Source of the DNA: Acidimicrobiia bacterium
GTDB lineage: Bacteria; Actinomycetota; Acidimicrobiia; IMCC26256; JAENVU01
Assembly: GCA_031422675.1 (NCBI GenBank)
Contig: JANPMG010000172.1
Location: forward strand, 324 to 64,323
Direction of reading: 5' to 3'
Length of the DNA: 64,000 nt
This document shows, piece after piece, positions 1 through 8,367 of the stretch. The position numbers and the translations under genes were made by a program. The notes beneath the pieces were generated by a model that did not search any database, had not been told where the DNA came from, and saw nothing but the letters and a program-made list of their open reading frames with translations. How positions within the stretch are numbered: the first letter of the stretch is position 1; every line of letters begins with the position of its first letter.

Positions 1-53
1 CCTTTGGTCGAGCCGGTGACCAGCGCTCGCTTGCCTGTGAGTCCGAGGTCCAT
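1..53 (-). CDS. SDR family oxidoreductase, N-terminal fragment (runs off the window)
   Basis: The minus strand from 53 reads MDLGLTGKRALVTGSTKG, the typical SDR N-terminus with the TGxxxG Rossmann motif. A GGAG lies about 7 nt upstream. Confidence 0.6.
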   Translation of the reverse strand, partial: MDLGLTGKRALVTGSTK

Positions 54-125
54 GGTTCAGCTCCGTAAATTGATCGCGTGATTAGTTATTCCACCACTCC
101 GGCCGCCCTTGCGGCAATCCGGGGG

Positions 126-1427
126 TCAGCGCAAGACGTCAGTCCATGGGATGGCCTTGTCCACCCGCGGCTCACCGGGCAGTCCGAGGACTCGCTCGCC
201 GATGATGTTCCGTTGCACTTCGTCGGACCCGCCGGCGATGCGATATCCCGGTGCCCCGAGCACGTGCTCGCCCCACTCCCAGGTGCCCCACGCGCCGGTG
301 TCCGCAGTGAGCCTGGGTCCGAGAATCCGGCCCGCCACCCGCGACACCTTGGTCATGCCCTCGGTCCACATGAGCTTTCCGAGCGATCCTTCCGGGCCCG
401 GGGTGCCGCCGGTTGCGAGGTCCGCAGCCCGTTGATTCAGGAACGCCTCGACCCGTCTGTGGACGTAGACCTCCATGAGTTCCTGGCGAACGAGCGCATC
501 GTCGGTGACCCCCATGGCCCGCGCCGCGGCCAACAGTTGGGGCCATCGCCCCCCTGGTCGATCGGCACCGGCCGCTCCGGTCGGGTCGCTGTGATCGCGT
601 TCGAAACCGAGGGTCGTGAGCGCGACCTTCCAGCCGTCGCCCTCCGCGCCGAGTCGCATCGAGTCGGGGAGGCGGCAGTCCTCGAAGAACACTTCGTTGA
701 ACGACGAACCGCCGCTCATCTGACGGATCGGTCGGATGTCGATCCCGGGTGCATCCATCGGGACCAGGAAGGCGGTCATGCCTTTGTGTTTGGGCAGGGT
801 CGGGTCGGATCGGGCAATGAGCAGACCCCACTCGCTGAACTGCGCACCGGAACTCCAGACCTTCTGACCGCGGATGACCCACTCGTCACCGTCGCGCACG
901 GCCCGACACGCGAGCCCGGCGAGGTCGGAGCCGGCTCCGGGCTCGGAGAACAACTGGCAACACAGCAGGTCGGCCGCCAGGAACGCGCCGACGAAACGCG
1001 CGCGTTGCTCGTCGGTGCCGAAGACTCCGACCGTGGGGGCGATGAGGTCGGTGGTGACGCTGAAGGATTCGTGGGCGGTTGGAATCCGGTAGCGGCGCTC
1101 GAGGGCCGCGAACGCCCGAGAATATTCCTTGGTCAAGCCGAGCCCGCCGAAATCCCGGGAAGCAGTGATTGCGTGATACCCCTGCGTCGCCTTCAACCGA
1201 CTCCAACGTCGGGCATCGGCGAGGAGTGCTCGTTCGTCGTCGACGCTCAGGGCGTGGAATACCGCAACGCTGAAATTTGCGTCTCGCGGGGTCGGCCCGG
1301 CAGCTTCCGAATCCCGGTCGTCTCGCTCGAGGGGCTCACCGTGGGCCGCGAGCCAGGCCGATGCCTGTTGGGAGAACTCCTCGACTGACTCGGTCACGGC
1401 GCCAAGGTAACCGGTTGGTTGATCCAC
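126..1427 (-). CDS. acyl-CoA dehydrogenase family protein
   Basis: 433-aa ORF with ACAD-like blocks (QLFSEPGAGSDLAGL, IRGQKVWSSGAQ, GGSDEVQRNIIGERVLGLP). The start is GTG at 1427, or an alternative GTG at 1397. Confidence 0.9.
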   Translation of the reverse strand: MDQPTGYLGAVTESVEEFSQQASAWLAAHGEPLERDDRDSEAAGPTPRDANFSVAVFHALSVDDERALLADARRWSRLKATQGYHAITASRDFGGLGLTKEYSRAFAALERRYRIPTAHESFSVTTDLIAPTVGVFGTDEQRARFVGAFLAADLLCCQLFSEPGAGSDLAGLACRAVRDGDEWVIRGQKVWSSGAQFSEWGLLIARSDPTLPKHKGMTAFLVPMDAPGIDIRPIRQMSGGSSFNEVFFEDCRLPDSMRLGAEGDGWKVALTTLGFERDHSDPTGAAGADRPGGRWPQLLAAARAMGVTDDALVRQELMEVYVHRRVEAFLNQRAADLATGGTPGPEGSLGKLMWTEGMTKVSRVAGRILGPRLTADTGAWGTWEWGEHVLGAPGYRIAGGSDEVQRNIIGERVLGLPGEPRVDKAIPWTDVLR

Positions 1428-1473
1428 GACGGCGGACGCGGATGACTCGCGCGTCTGGCCCTACCATCTCGCC

Positions 1474-2091
1474 GTGGCCACCAAAAACCCTCGGCTCGGA
1501 CGCCCTCCTGCGTCGAGCTCAGCCGAGACCCGGGAGCGGATCATCGGTGTTGCCCGGCGATGTTTCGCCCAGCACGGCTACGAAGCAACCACGAACCGGA
1601 TGCTCGCCGGCGAGGCGGGAATCACCACCGCGGCGATTTACCACTACTTCGATTCCAAGCTCGACATCTACCGGGCGGTGCTCGATGAGGTGCAGGGGTT
1701 GGTGTACCAACTCTTCGCGGCTGCGGAGCGCGATGCCGACACCTTCGTCGACAAACTCGCAGCGGTGTACGAGGTCGCCCATGATCTGAATCGGGCGGAC
1801 TCCACGCTGGCGCGTTTCCTCGGCTCGTCGCGGATCGATCGGCTCCGAGACCCGGAACTCGCGGACGCGCTCGGGGTTAGCGACACCCGGGGCGAGGGTT
1901 TCTTCGAGGCGATCGTGGACCGCGGCATCAAGACCGGCGAGGTTGCCAAGCGCGATCGCGAGCCCGTCATCCGCTACATCCGAGCCTTCAACATCGGTCT
2001 CACCGACGGACTCTCGGGGGATCACACCGAGCACCGACAGGCGATCGACGGGTTCTTGCTGGTGCTGCGCGGGTACGTCGCGAAGAACTAA
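1474..2091 (+). CDS. TetR/AcrR family transcriptional regulator
   Basis: N-terminal HTH TRERIIGVARRCFAQHGYEATTNRMLAGEAGITTAAIYHYF. GTG start, with TACCAT (1462-1467) 6 nt upstream, so it looks leaderless. Divergent from the ACAD gene. Confidence 0.9.
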   Translation: MATKNPRLGRPPASSSAETRERIIGVARRCFAQHGYEATTNRMLAGEAGITTAAIYHYFDSKLDIYRAVLDEVQGLVYQLFAAAERDADTFVDKLAAVYEVAHDLNRADSTLARFLGSSRIDRLRDPELADALGVSDTRGEGFFEAIVDRGIKTGEVAKRDREPVIRYIRAFNIGLTDGLSGDHTEHRQAIDGFLLVLRGYVAKN

Positions 2092-2160
2092 CCGCCGTAA
2101 CTAACTGCGTGGTTAATATCGGGGCCTCGACCGCGAACGGCACGGAACAGGGGGCACCAG

Positions 2161-2940
2161 ATGGGCCAGCTCGAGGGACGCGTTGCGTGCGTGACGGGTG
2201 GGACGCGCGGGATCGGGCGCGCCGCGGCGGAAGCGTTCCTGCGAGAAGGAGCGCAGGTTGTGGTCAGCGGACGTGACGCCGAGAAGGGCGAGCGTGCACT
2301 CACGGAGATGAGCGGGGGCGACGACGTCCACTTCGTCGTCGGCGACGTCTCGGTACGCGAAGACTGTGAGGCGCTGATCCAGGCCACGGTCGACCGCTAC
2401 GGCACGATCGACATCCTCCACGCCAACGCGGGTGGTGTGGTCGGCCCGGCCCCGGTGGCGACGATGACCGACGACGCCATGCAGGACACGCTTCTTCTGA
2501 ACTTCTGGCACACGTTCTGGACGATGCGCGCCGCGCTTGGTCACATGATCCCGCAGCAGAGCGGCCGGATTATCGCGACGTCGTCGGTGGAGGCGAAGCT
2601 GGGCACGCCCGGACTCTCGAACTACGTCGTTTCGAAGACGGCCATCAATGGTCTCGTGAAAACCGCGGCCAAGGAGGTGGGCACACTCGGGATCACCATC
2701 AACGCGGTCTGCCCTGGCGCGATCGAGACCGACGCCATGCGCGACAACGCGCCTGCCGCGGCCGAATCGATGGGGATGAGCTACGAGGAACTCAAGTCCA
2801 TGTTCTCGGAGGCGTCCGCGATCAAGCGGCTCAACGAGGTCGAAGACGTCGCCGAGGTTCTGGTGCTCCTCGCATCGGATGCTGGTGCCGGCATCACTGG
2901 TTCACTCATCTCGATCGACGGCGGCACGTCGCCGTACTAA
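2161..2940 (+). CDS. SDR family oxidoreductase
   Basis: TGGTRGIGRAAA Rossmann motif and a YxxxK-type catalytic region (NYVVSKTAINGL). A TAATAT -10-like box lies at 2114-2119. Confidence 0.9.
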   Translation: MGQLEGRVACVTGGTRGIGRAAAEAFLREGAQVVVSGRDAEKGERALTEMSGGDDVHFVVGDVSVREDCEALIQATVDRYGTIDILHANAGGVVGPAPVATMTDDAMQDTLLLNFWHTFWTMRAALGHMIPQQSGRIIATSSVEAKLGTPGLSNYVVSKTAINGLVKTAAKEVGTLGITINAVCPGAIETDAMRDNAPAAAESMGMSYEELKSMFSEASAIKRLNEVEDVAEVLVLLASDAGAGITGSLISIDGGTSPY

Positions 2941-2950
2941 GGAGCAGCAC

Positions 2951-3733
2951 ATGGGAAAGCTCGAGGGAAAGGTTGCCGCCATCACCGGCGGTACGCGCAG
3001 CATCGGGCGAGGGATGGCCGAGGCGTTCCTGGCCGAGGGCGCCAAGGTCGTGGTCAACGGTCGCGGCGCGGAGAAGGGTCGGCGCTGCATCGAGGAGATC
3101 GACGCGGGCGACAACGCGTTTTTCTACGCGGGTGATGCATCCAAGCAGGCCGACGTGGAGGGGCTAATCGACTTCACGGTTGATCACTTTGGCCAACTCG
3201 ACATCTGTTGTCTCAACTCCGGCGGCGTCGAGAACACTGCGCCGGTCGCGATGATGACCGACGCAGAGTGGCAGCTCGAGATGGACTGGAATCTCAACCA
3301 GGTGTTCTGGGGCATGCGTCGTGCGTTGCAGCACATGATGCCCAGGGAGTCGGGCCGGATCCTGGTGACGTCGTCGGTGGAGGGCAAGCTCGGCAAGCCG
3401 GGGATTCCCGGTTACACCGCGGCCAAACACGCAGTGAACGGACTCGTGAAGTCCGCCGCCCACGAGGTCGGCACAATGGGGATCACCGTCAACGCGATTT
3501 TGCCGGGGCTGACCGAGACCGACACGTTGATCGAGAAAGGTCCCGGCTCGGCCGAGGCGATGGGCCTCGAGAACTACGAAGCGCTGATCGAGCTGTTCAC
3601 CCAGAGCTCCGCGATCAAGCGACCCAACAAGATCACCGAGGTCGCCGCGGTTGCGGTCCTCCTCGCCTCCGACGCCGGCCGCAACATCACCGGAACGTTG
3701 TTCCCCGTCGATGGCGGGACAATGCCTTACTAA
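2951..3733 (+). CDS. SDR family oxidoreductase (tandem paralogue of 2161..2940)
   Basis: MGKLEGKVAAITGGTRSIGRG and YTAAKHAVNGL motifs. AAGGAG sits 7 nt before the ATG at 2951. The track ORF from 2879 is an upstream extension. Confidence 0.9.
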   Translation: MGKLEGKVAAITGGTRSIGRGMAEAFLAEGAKVVVNGRGAEKGRRCIEEIDAGDNAFFYAGDASKQADVEGLIDFTVDHFGQLDICCLNSGGVENTAPVAMMTDAEWQLEMDWNLNQVFWGMRRALQHMMPRESGRILVTSSVEGKLGKPGIPGYTAAKHAVNGLVKSAAHEVGTMGITVNAILPGLTETDTLIEKGPGSAEAMGLENYEALIELFTQSSAIKRPNKITEVAAVAVLLASDAGRNITGTLFPVDGGTMPY

Positions 3734-3796
3734 CGCGCCCTACGAAGAGAGGTCGTAGCCTTCCCGCGCAGGCGTACGGCTCAGGAGGGGTTCTTG

Positions 3797-4171
3797 ATGA
3801 CATCGTTGGGAATCCGTCATGTTCACCTGCTCGTCGCCGAGCACGGCCGAGCGGTTGCGTTTTACCGCGACGCGTTCGGCATGGAAGAGCGCTTCCGAGA
3901 TGGACCGATCGTGTTCCTGGGGACCCCCGACGGCGGCGACTCCCTCGCGTTGCATCTCGCAATGACCGATGAAGAGCGTGAGCGGGTCGGCCAGCAGGGC
4001 GGATGGGAGCACTACGGCATTCACCTTTCCGATCGCACGGCCGGAGGCATCGATGCTGCGGTGGAACGAGTGAAGGACGCAGGAGGTCGAGTGCTCGGTC
4101 GGGGCGAGCATGCACCAGGCGTGCACTTCGCGTACGTCACTGATCTGGACGGGTACGCGATCGAGATCTGA
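3797..4171 (+). CDS. VOC/glyoxalase-bleomycin resistance family protein
   Basis: About 124 aa. IRHVHLLVAEHGRAVAFYRDAFGM plus the C-terminal FAYVTDLDGYAIEI is the typical VOC fold signature. AGGAGGGG lies upstream of the ATG at 3797. Confidence 0.8.
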   Translation: MTSLGIRHVHLLVAEHGRAVAFYRDAFGMEERFRDGPIVFLGTPDGGDSLALHLAMTDEERERVGQQGGWEHYGIHLSDRTAGGIDAAVERVKDAGGRVLGRGEHAPGVHFAYVTDLDGYAIEI

Positions 4172-4239
4172 CGCCATCGAGCCGCAGGTCATCGCGATGT
4201 ACGACTTCAATTCGACGAGCCTTCGCGATCGGGCATCCG

Positions 4240-5007
4240 GTGCAGGTGGTAACTGACTCGAGCGGGCCGACGTACGACGAGATCGGCGTGGGATACCGCG
4301 CGAAGCGAAAGCCGGATCCCCGATGGGCGGCGCAGATCCATTCGGCGCTGGGCGATGCGCGAACCGTTCTCAATGTCGGGGCCGGGGCGGGGTCCTACGA
4401 GCTGACCGACCGATCGGTGATCGCGCTGGAGCGGTCGAGGATCATGATTGACCAACGGTCGCCTGCGGCTGCACCGGCAGCTCAGGGCACCGCCGACCGC
4501 CTTCCCTTCAGGGACAAACAGTTCGAGGCGGCACTTGCGGTCTTGACGGTGCACCACTGGCCTGATCCGGCGCACGGGCTCGCGGAACTGCAGCGCGTCT
4601 CGAACCGACAGGTCATCGTCACGTGGAATCCCGAAGTATTCGCTGAGCGGATGTGGCTCGTCTCGGAGTACCTGCCCGAGGTCGTCATGCGTGAGGCGAC
4701 GCTCGCGACCGAAGTCACGATCGTCGAACTCCTTGGGGCCACCGACTCGCGGGTGCTTCCGGTCCCGTTCGATTGCACCGACGGTTTCTTCGGGGCGTAC
4801 TGGCGTCGTCCAGAGGCGTTTCTCGACCCCGACGTGCGACGAGCGATCTCCGGCATCGCGCTTCTCGAACCGGAGAAGGTCGAGCGCGCGATCGCTCAAC
4901 TCGAAGAGGACCTCCGAAGCGGTACGTGGCAGCAACGCCATCAGGATCTCCTGGATGCGACCGAGCTTGACCTCGGTTACCGTCTCGTCGTTGCAGAGTC
5001 ACGCTGA
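4240..5007 (+). CDS. class I SAM-dependent methyltransferase
   Basis: VLNVGAGAGSYE motif I. The N-terminal YDEIGVGYRAKRKPDPR block is typical of this methyltransferase family. GTG start. Confidence 0.8.
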   Translation: MQVVTDSSGPTYDEIGVGYRAKRKPDPRWAAQIHSALGDARTVLNVGAGAGSYELTDRSVIALERSRIMIDQRSPAAAPAAQGTADRLPFRDKQFEAALAVLTVHHWPDPAHGLAELQRVSNRQVIVTWNPEVFAERMWLVSEYLPEVVMREATLATEVTIVELLGATDSRVLPVPFDCTDGFFGAYWRRPEAFLDPDVRRAISGIALLEPEKVERAIAQLEEDLRSGTWQQRHQDLLDATELDLGYRLVVAESR

Positions 5008-5037
5008 CGACCAAGGGCCTACCGTGAGTCGCAACGA

Positions 5038-5895
5038 ATGGGGGCGACCGTGACTGAGACTGCGAACGACGAGCGCTTCCAACCCGTCCTCGACGCGTTC
5101 CTGTCCAACGATGCATCGGCGCTGCAGGACGCGATCGATCGTGACCGGGCGATCGTCAATCTCGCCTGGGGCGACAACACGCTGATCGAATGGGCGACGC
5201 AACCACCCCATGGGATCGACGCCGCAGTGATCGACGTGCTGATCGTGAACGGGGCACACCTCGATCGAGCGCTCAACCTTGCTGGATGCTGGAACTTGGC
5301 CGACTTCTGCCGCCAGCTGCTCGCGGCGGGCGCCGATCCGACGGCTCGAGCCGATGTCGACATCACACCCTTGGAGTCGGCGGCCATGCACGGCTCCACC
5401 GACTCCGCGGATGTGCTCATCCAGTATGGGTTGCACCGGCGCTCGCTGTGGCTTGCAGCCGCCGGCGGACGACTCGATCTGGTCCACGACTGGGTCAGCG
5501 CCGACGGCTCGCTGCGCCGCGATCCCGGCCCGTACCGACCGAACTGGGTCGACGTCGGCCGGCCGGCCGGTGATCCGCCAACCGATGACCCGGCCGAGAT
5601 CATCGGCGAGGCACTCGTGTTTGCTGCCGCCAACAACCGCAGAGAGGTCGTCGACGTTTTGCTCGACGCGGGAGCCGATATCGACGCTCGCCCGTATCGC
5701 AACACCACAGGCCTCCACTTCGCCGTCCAGTTCCGTAAGGCGGCCATGGTTCGCCATCTCCTCGACCGAGGCGCCTCGACCCGCATCGAGGACGACCAAC
5801 ATAGAAGCGACGCGCATGGGTGGGCCCTCGCCTGCAACGACGGCTCCGCCGAAGCCGAACTGATCGCCGCGGCGCTCGCCTCCGCGACCGCCTGA
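5038..5895 (+). CDS. ankyrin repeat domain-containing protein
   Basis: Several ANK-like units (TPLESAAMHGSTDSADVLIQYG; EALVFAAANNRREVVDVLLDAGADIDA; TGLHFAVQFRKAAMVRHLLDRGAS). Confidence 0.75.
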   Translation: MGATVTETANDERFQPVLDAFLSNDASALQDAIDRDRAIVNLAWGDNTLIEWATQPPHGIDAAVIDVLIVNGAHLDRALNLAGCWNLADFCRQLLAAGADPTARADVDITPLESAAMHGSTDSADVLIQYGLHRRSLWLAAAGGRLDLVHDWVSADGSLRRDPGPYRPNWVDVGRPAGDPPTDDPAEIIGEALVFAAANNRREVVDVLLDAGADIDARPYRNTTGLHFAVQFRKAAMVRHLLDRGASTRIEDDQHRSDAHGWALACNDGSAEAELIAAALASATA

Positions 5896-5956
5896 GTCAC
5901 CTGCGCGACGGCAACTCGGTCTCGCGCGTCACGACCCAACTCAACGCACCAGAGCC

Positions 5957-6172
5957 TCAGCGCTCGAGGTTCGGGTTCGCAATGCGGTGGTGGGGGACTT
6001 GGGGGCCGGCCACCCAGCCGCAGAGCTGCGGATCGCATTCGCGCAGCTCGCCCTCGATCCAGGATCCGTCGGGGCGGAACCGGCCCCAGCGGTCGCCGGT
6101 GGTGACGAGCAGAACTCCTTCACCGTCGCGCTCGTAGAGCGCGCCGGTGAGCGGGTGGTAGAGGCCTTTCAC
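5957..6172 (-). CDS. hypothetical small protein (71 aa) coupled to the Rieske oxygenase
   Basis: These are the last 71 codons of track ORF 5957..7174. The GTG at 6172-6170 overlaps the TGA of the upstream Rieske gene (GTGA). Composition is balanced, unlike the rest of that ORF. No family recognised. Confidence 0.45.
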   Translation of the reverse strand: MKGLYHPLTGALYERDGEGVLLVTTGDRWGRFRPDGSWIEGELRECDPQLCGWVAGPQVPHHRIANPNLER

Positions 6173-7539
6173 TGGCTGTCCTCGGGCGGGCCGTCGTCGA
6201 TGAAGCGGGTCAACGTGTCGTGGAGCCAGCGGATCTTCGATTCCTGGTAGTTGCCGAGCGTCACCCCGGGCTTGTGCGTGGTCTCGAGCCCCTGCTGCAC
6301 TCTGGCCATGTTGAACAGGTCCTGGTTGAAGACCTTGCCGAGCATCCCGAGTTCGGGCGCGTCGATGAACGTTTCGGCTTCGGTGAGAAAGTGGACCGGC
6401 GCGTTCGGTGGCCGCTCGCCCTGGAACGGAGCCAGGAACAGACACTCCATGATGGAGCTGCGATGGTCGTCGCCGTTGGGGCGGAACCGGTACACGATCC
6501 GGTTGAACGCGCCCCAGGGGTGGAAGTTGGGAAACACCGTGTAGTCGATACTGTCCATCAGCTCGGCATCCGATATCTCGTCGACCCGGTCTCCTGCCAC
6601 GGGTCGCCAGCGATCCCGGCTCGCCTCGGCGCCGACCGCCCGCATCGACTGTTCCTCGCTCACCGGCAGGGGCGACGGCTCGTCGTGGCGGGTGTCGGTC
6701 ATCGCGCGCATCATCTGGTCTTGAGTGGGTGTCCAGTCGAGCCGCGGACTCGGCGACCCGCCCGCGGTGATCACGCGGGCGAAGTTTTCCCAGATGTCGA
6801 CCTGGCTGTTGGTGTCGGCGAGGTAGGGCAGGATCTGGGGGTGGGTACCACCCACGTGGAACGCCTCGCAGAAGGCCTCCTGCGCGACCTTCCAGTTGGC
6901 GTGGATGACCTTCGCGACGTGCGCCTGGGTGTAGCGATTCCCGAGGTCCCAATCTGCGAACTGCTCGACGATCCCGCCCAGGAAGGAGTCCAGTGGCTCG
7001 GCGTCTCGGTTGGGATTGATCATCACGAATCCGGCCCAGGTGTCCACCTGACATTCGGGCAGCGAGAACGCTTCGTCGTTCACATGGTCGAAATCCCAGC
7101 GGGCGGGAACGTCCTTGAGGGTGCCGTCGAGGTTCCAGGTGAACCCGTGGAACGGGCAGCGGATCTCGCTGCACCGTCCGTCGTGGTCCTTGAGCCGGCG
7201 GCCCCGATGGAGACAGGCGTTCGGGTAGGCCTTGATCTCGTCGGTGGCCGTGCGCATGATCACGTACGAGGCGCGCACGATGTCGTAGACGGTGTGGTCG
7301 CCGACTTCAGGGATGTCGCTCTCGCGGCAGGCGAACTGCCACACCCGTGGCCAGAGCCGTTCGGCTTCGCGGTCGTGCCACGCGCGCGAGATGTAGTGGG
7401 ACACGTGGATGTCGTCGCTGCCCAGGTAGCGGGGGGACTCGATCCGCAGGACTTCCGGGACGGGTCTCGTGTCGGTGTCGAGCAGCTGTTGGTACGTGAT
7501 GCCCGGGGAGCGGGCCGCACCGGGATCGGGCCGGCTCAC
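6169..7539 (-). CDS. aromatic ring-hydroxylating (Rieske non-heme iron) oxygenase alpha subunit
   Basis: Rieske motif CLHRGRRL...CPFHGFTW and a mononuclear-iron region NWKVAQEAFCEAFHVGGTHP. I place the start at the GTG at 7539, which overlaps the upstream SDR stop (GTGA). Confidence 0.9.
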   Translation of the reverse strand: MSRPDPGAARSPGITYQQLLDTDTRPVPEVLRIESPRYLGSDDIHVSHYISRAWHDREAERLWPRVWQFACRESDIPEVGDHTVYDIVRASYVIMRTATDEIKAYPNACLHRGRRLKDHDGRCSEIRCPFHGFTWNLDGTLKDVPARWDFDHVNDEAFSLPECQVDTWAGFVMINPNRDAEPLDSFLGGIVEQFADWDLGNRYTQAHVAKVIHANWKVAQEAFCEAFHVGGTHPQILPYLADTNSQVDIWENFARVITAGGSPSPRLDWTPTQDQMMRAMTDTRHDEPSPLPVSEEQSMRAVGAEASRDRWRPVAGDRVDEISDAELMDSIDYTVFPNFHPWGAFNRIVYRFRPNGDDHRSSIMECLFLAPFQGERPPNAPVHFLTEAETFIDAPELGMLGKVFNQDLFNMARVQQGLETTHKPGVTLGNYQESKIRWLHDTLTRFIDDGPPEDSQ

Positions 7540-8330
7540 CCGTCGGCCGTCGGCGCGTAGTTGACGACGCGATGAGTGCGGCCGCCGGCGACGAGGATGA
7601 GTTGGCCAGTCACCCACGACGCGGCGTCGGAGGCGAGGTAGACCACCGCGGCGGCGATGTCGTCGGGGGTCCCGGTGCGCCCGAGCGGAACCGACGCCGC
7701 GATCTCGGCGAGCTTGTCCGAGTCGTTCGTGAGGATCTCGCGGAACGCCTCGGTCACGACCGGGCCGGGTGCCACGCCGTTGACCCGGATGTTCGGCGCG
7801 AGTTCGAGCGCCAGCGTTTGGGTCATGTTGTTCATCCCGGCCTTCGCGGCCGCGTACGGACCGGTCGAGGGGGACCCGCGCGTGCCCGCGCCCGAGGAGA
7901 TGTTTACGATCGATCCGCGGTTGACCATGTGCGTGGCCGCGGCCTTGCAGCCCTGGAACGCCGTGGTGAGGTTGAGCTCGAGCTGGGCCCGGAAGGTCTC
8001 GTCCGGCGTGTCGATCAGCGATTGGGTTGACTTTTCGTCCGAGCCACCGACGTTGTTCACCCAGATGTCGAGCCGGCCGAACTCTTCGATGGCTCGTTGC
8101 GCGACCACCTCGGAGAAGTCACGGATATCACCGTCGACGACGAGGGCCCGGCGGCCTCGTTCGCGGACCCCGGCGGCGGTCTCCTCGAGGTCGGCCACCC
8201 TCCGCGCGTTGAGCACGAGGTCGCACCCGAAGTCGGCGAGACCCCAGGCGATGGCGCGACCGATCCCCTGGCCGGAACCCGTCACGACTGCGACTCGGTC
8301 GGTCATCTCGAACGCATCGCGCAGACTCAT
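7536..8330 (-). CDS. SDR family oxidoreductase
   Basis: VAVVTGSGQGIGRAIA and YAAAKAGMNNMT motifs. ATG at 8330. Confidence 0.9.
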   Translation of the reverse strand: MSLRDAFEMTDRVAVVTGSGQGIGRAIAWGLADFGCDLVLNARRVADLEETAAGVRERGRRALVVDGDIRDFSEVVAQRAIEEFGRLDIWVNNVGGSDEKSTQSLIDTPDETFRAQLELNLTTAFQGCKAAATHMVNRGSIVNISSGAGTRGSPSTGPYAAAKAGMNNMTQTLALELAPNIRVNGVAPGPVVTEAFREILTNDSDKLAEIAASVPLGRTGTPDDIAAAVVYLASDAASWVTGQLILVAGGRTHRVVNYAPTADG

Positions 8331-8337
8331 TCGCGAG

Positions 8338-8359
8338 AAACTAACTCAGCGATTAGTTT
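8338..8359. promoter_or_regulatory. divergent promoter core: mirror-image TAGTTT -10 boxes (AAACTAA-N8-TTAGTTT)
   Basis: TAGTTT (8354-8359) lies 8 nt before the ATG at 8368. Its reverse complement (8343-8338) lies 7 nt before the minus-strand ATG at 8330. Neither start has an SD. Confidence 0.45.
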
Positions 8360-8367
8360 GAACCAAG

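Noticed and set aside
1435-1455. Inverted repeat GACGCG-N9-CGCGTC between the acyl-CoA dehydrogenase and TetR genes, and the AACCGGTT palindrome at 1409-1416.
   Set aside because: The arms are only 6 bp and made of CG-rich hexamers, which arise readily by chance at this GC content. AACCGGTT may lie inside the ACAD coding region, depending on the start. This is too weak to call an operator.
5957-7174. The full 405-aa minus-strand ORF overlapping the Rieske oxygenase in another frame.
   Set aside because: About 330 of its codons lie inside the Rieske gene and read as Arg/Pro-rich junk. Only the last 71 codons, downstream of the Rieske stop, look coding. Those are reported separately.
6220-7560. 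Long ORFs antisense to, or out of frame with, the called genes. Examples are 6220..7560(+), 26870..28249(-), 37327..39366(-), 39403..41181(-), 47042..48343(-), 48079..49899(-), 50705..52759(-), 53093..54097(-) and 60061..61515(-).
   Set aside because: Their translations are dominated by Arg/Pro/Ala/Gly runs and carry no recognisable motifs. Each overlaps a gene with strong family signatures on the other strand or frame. This is the typical stop-codon-poor artefact of very GC-rich DNA.
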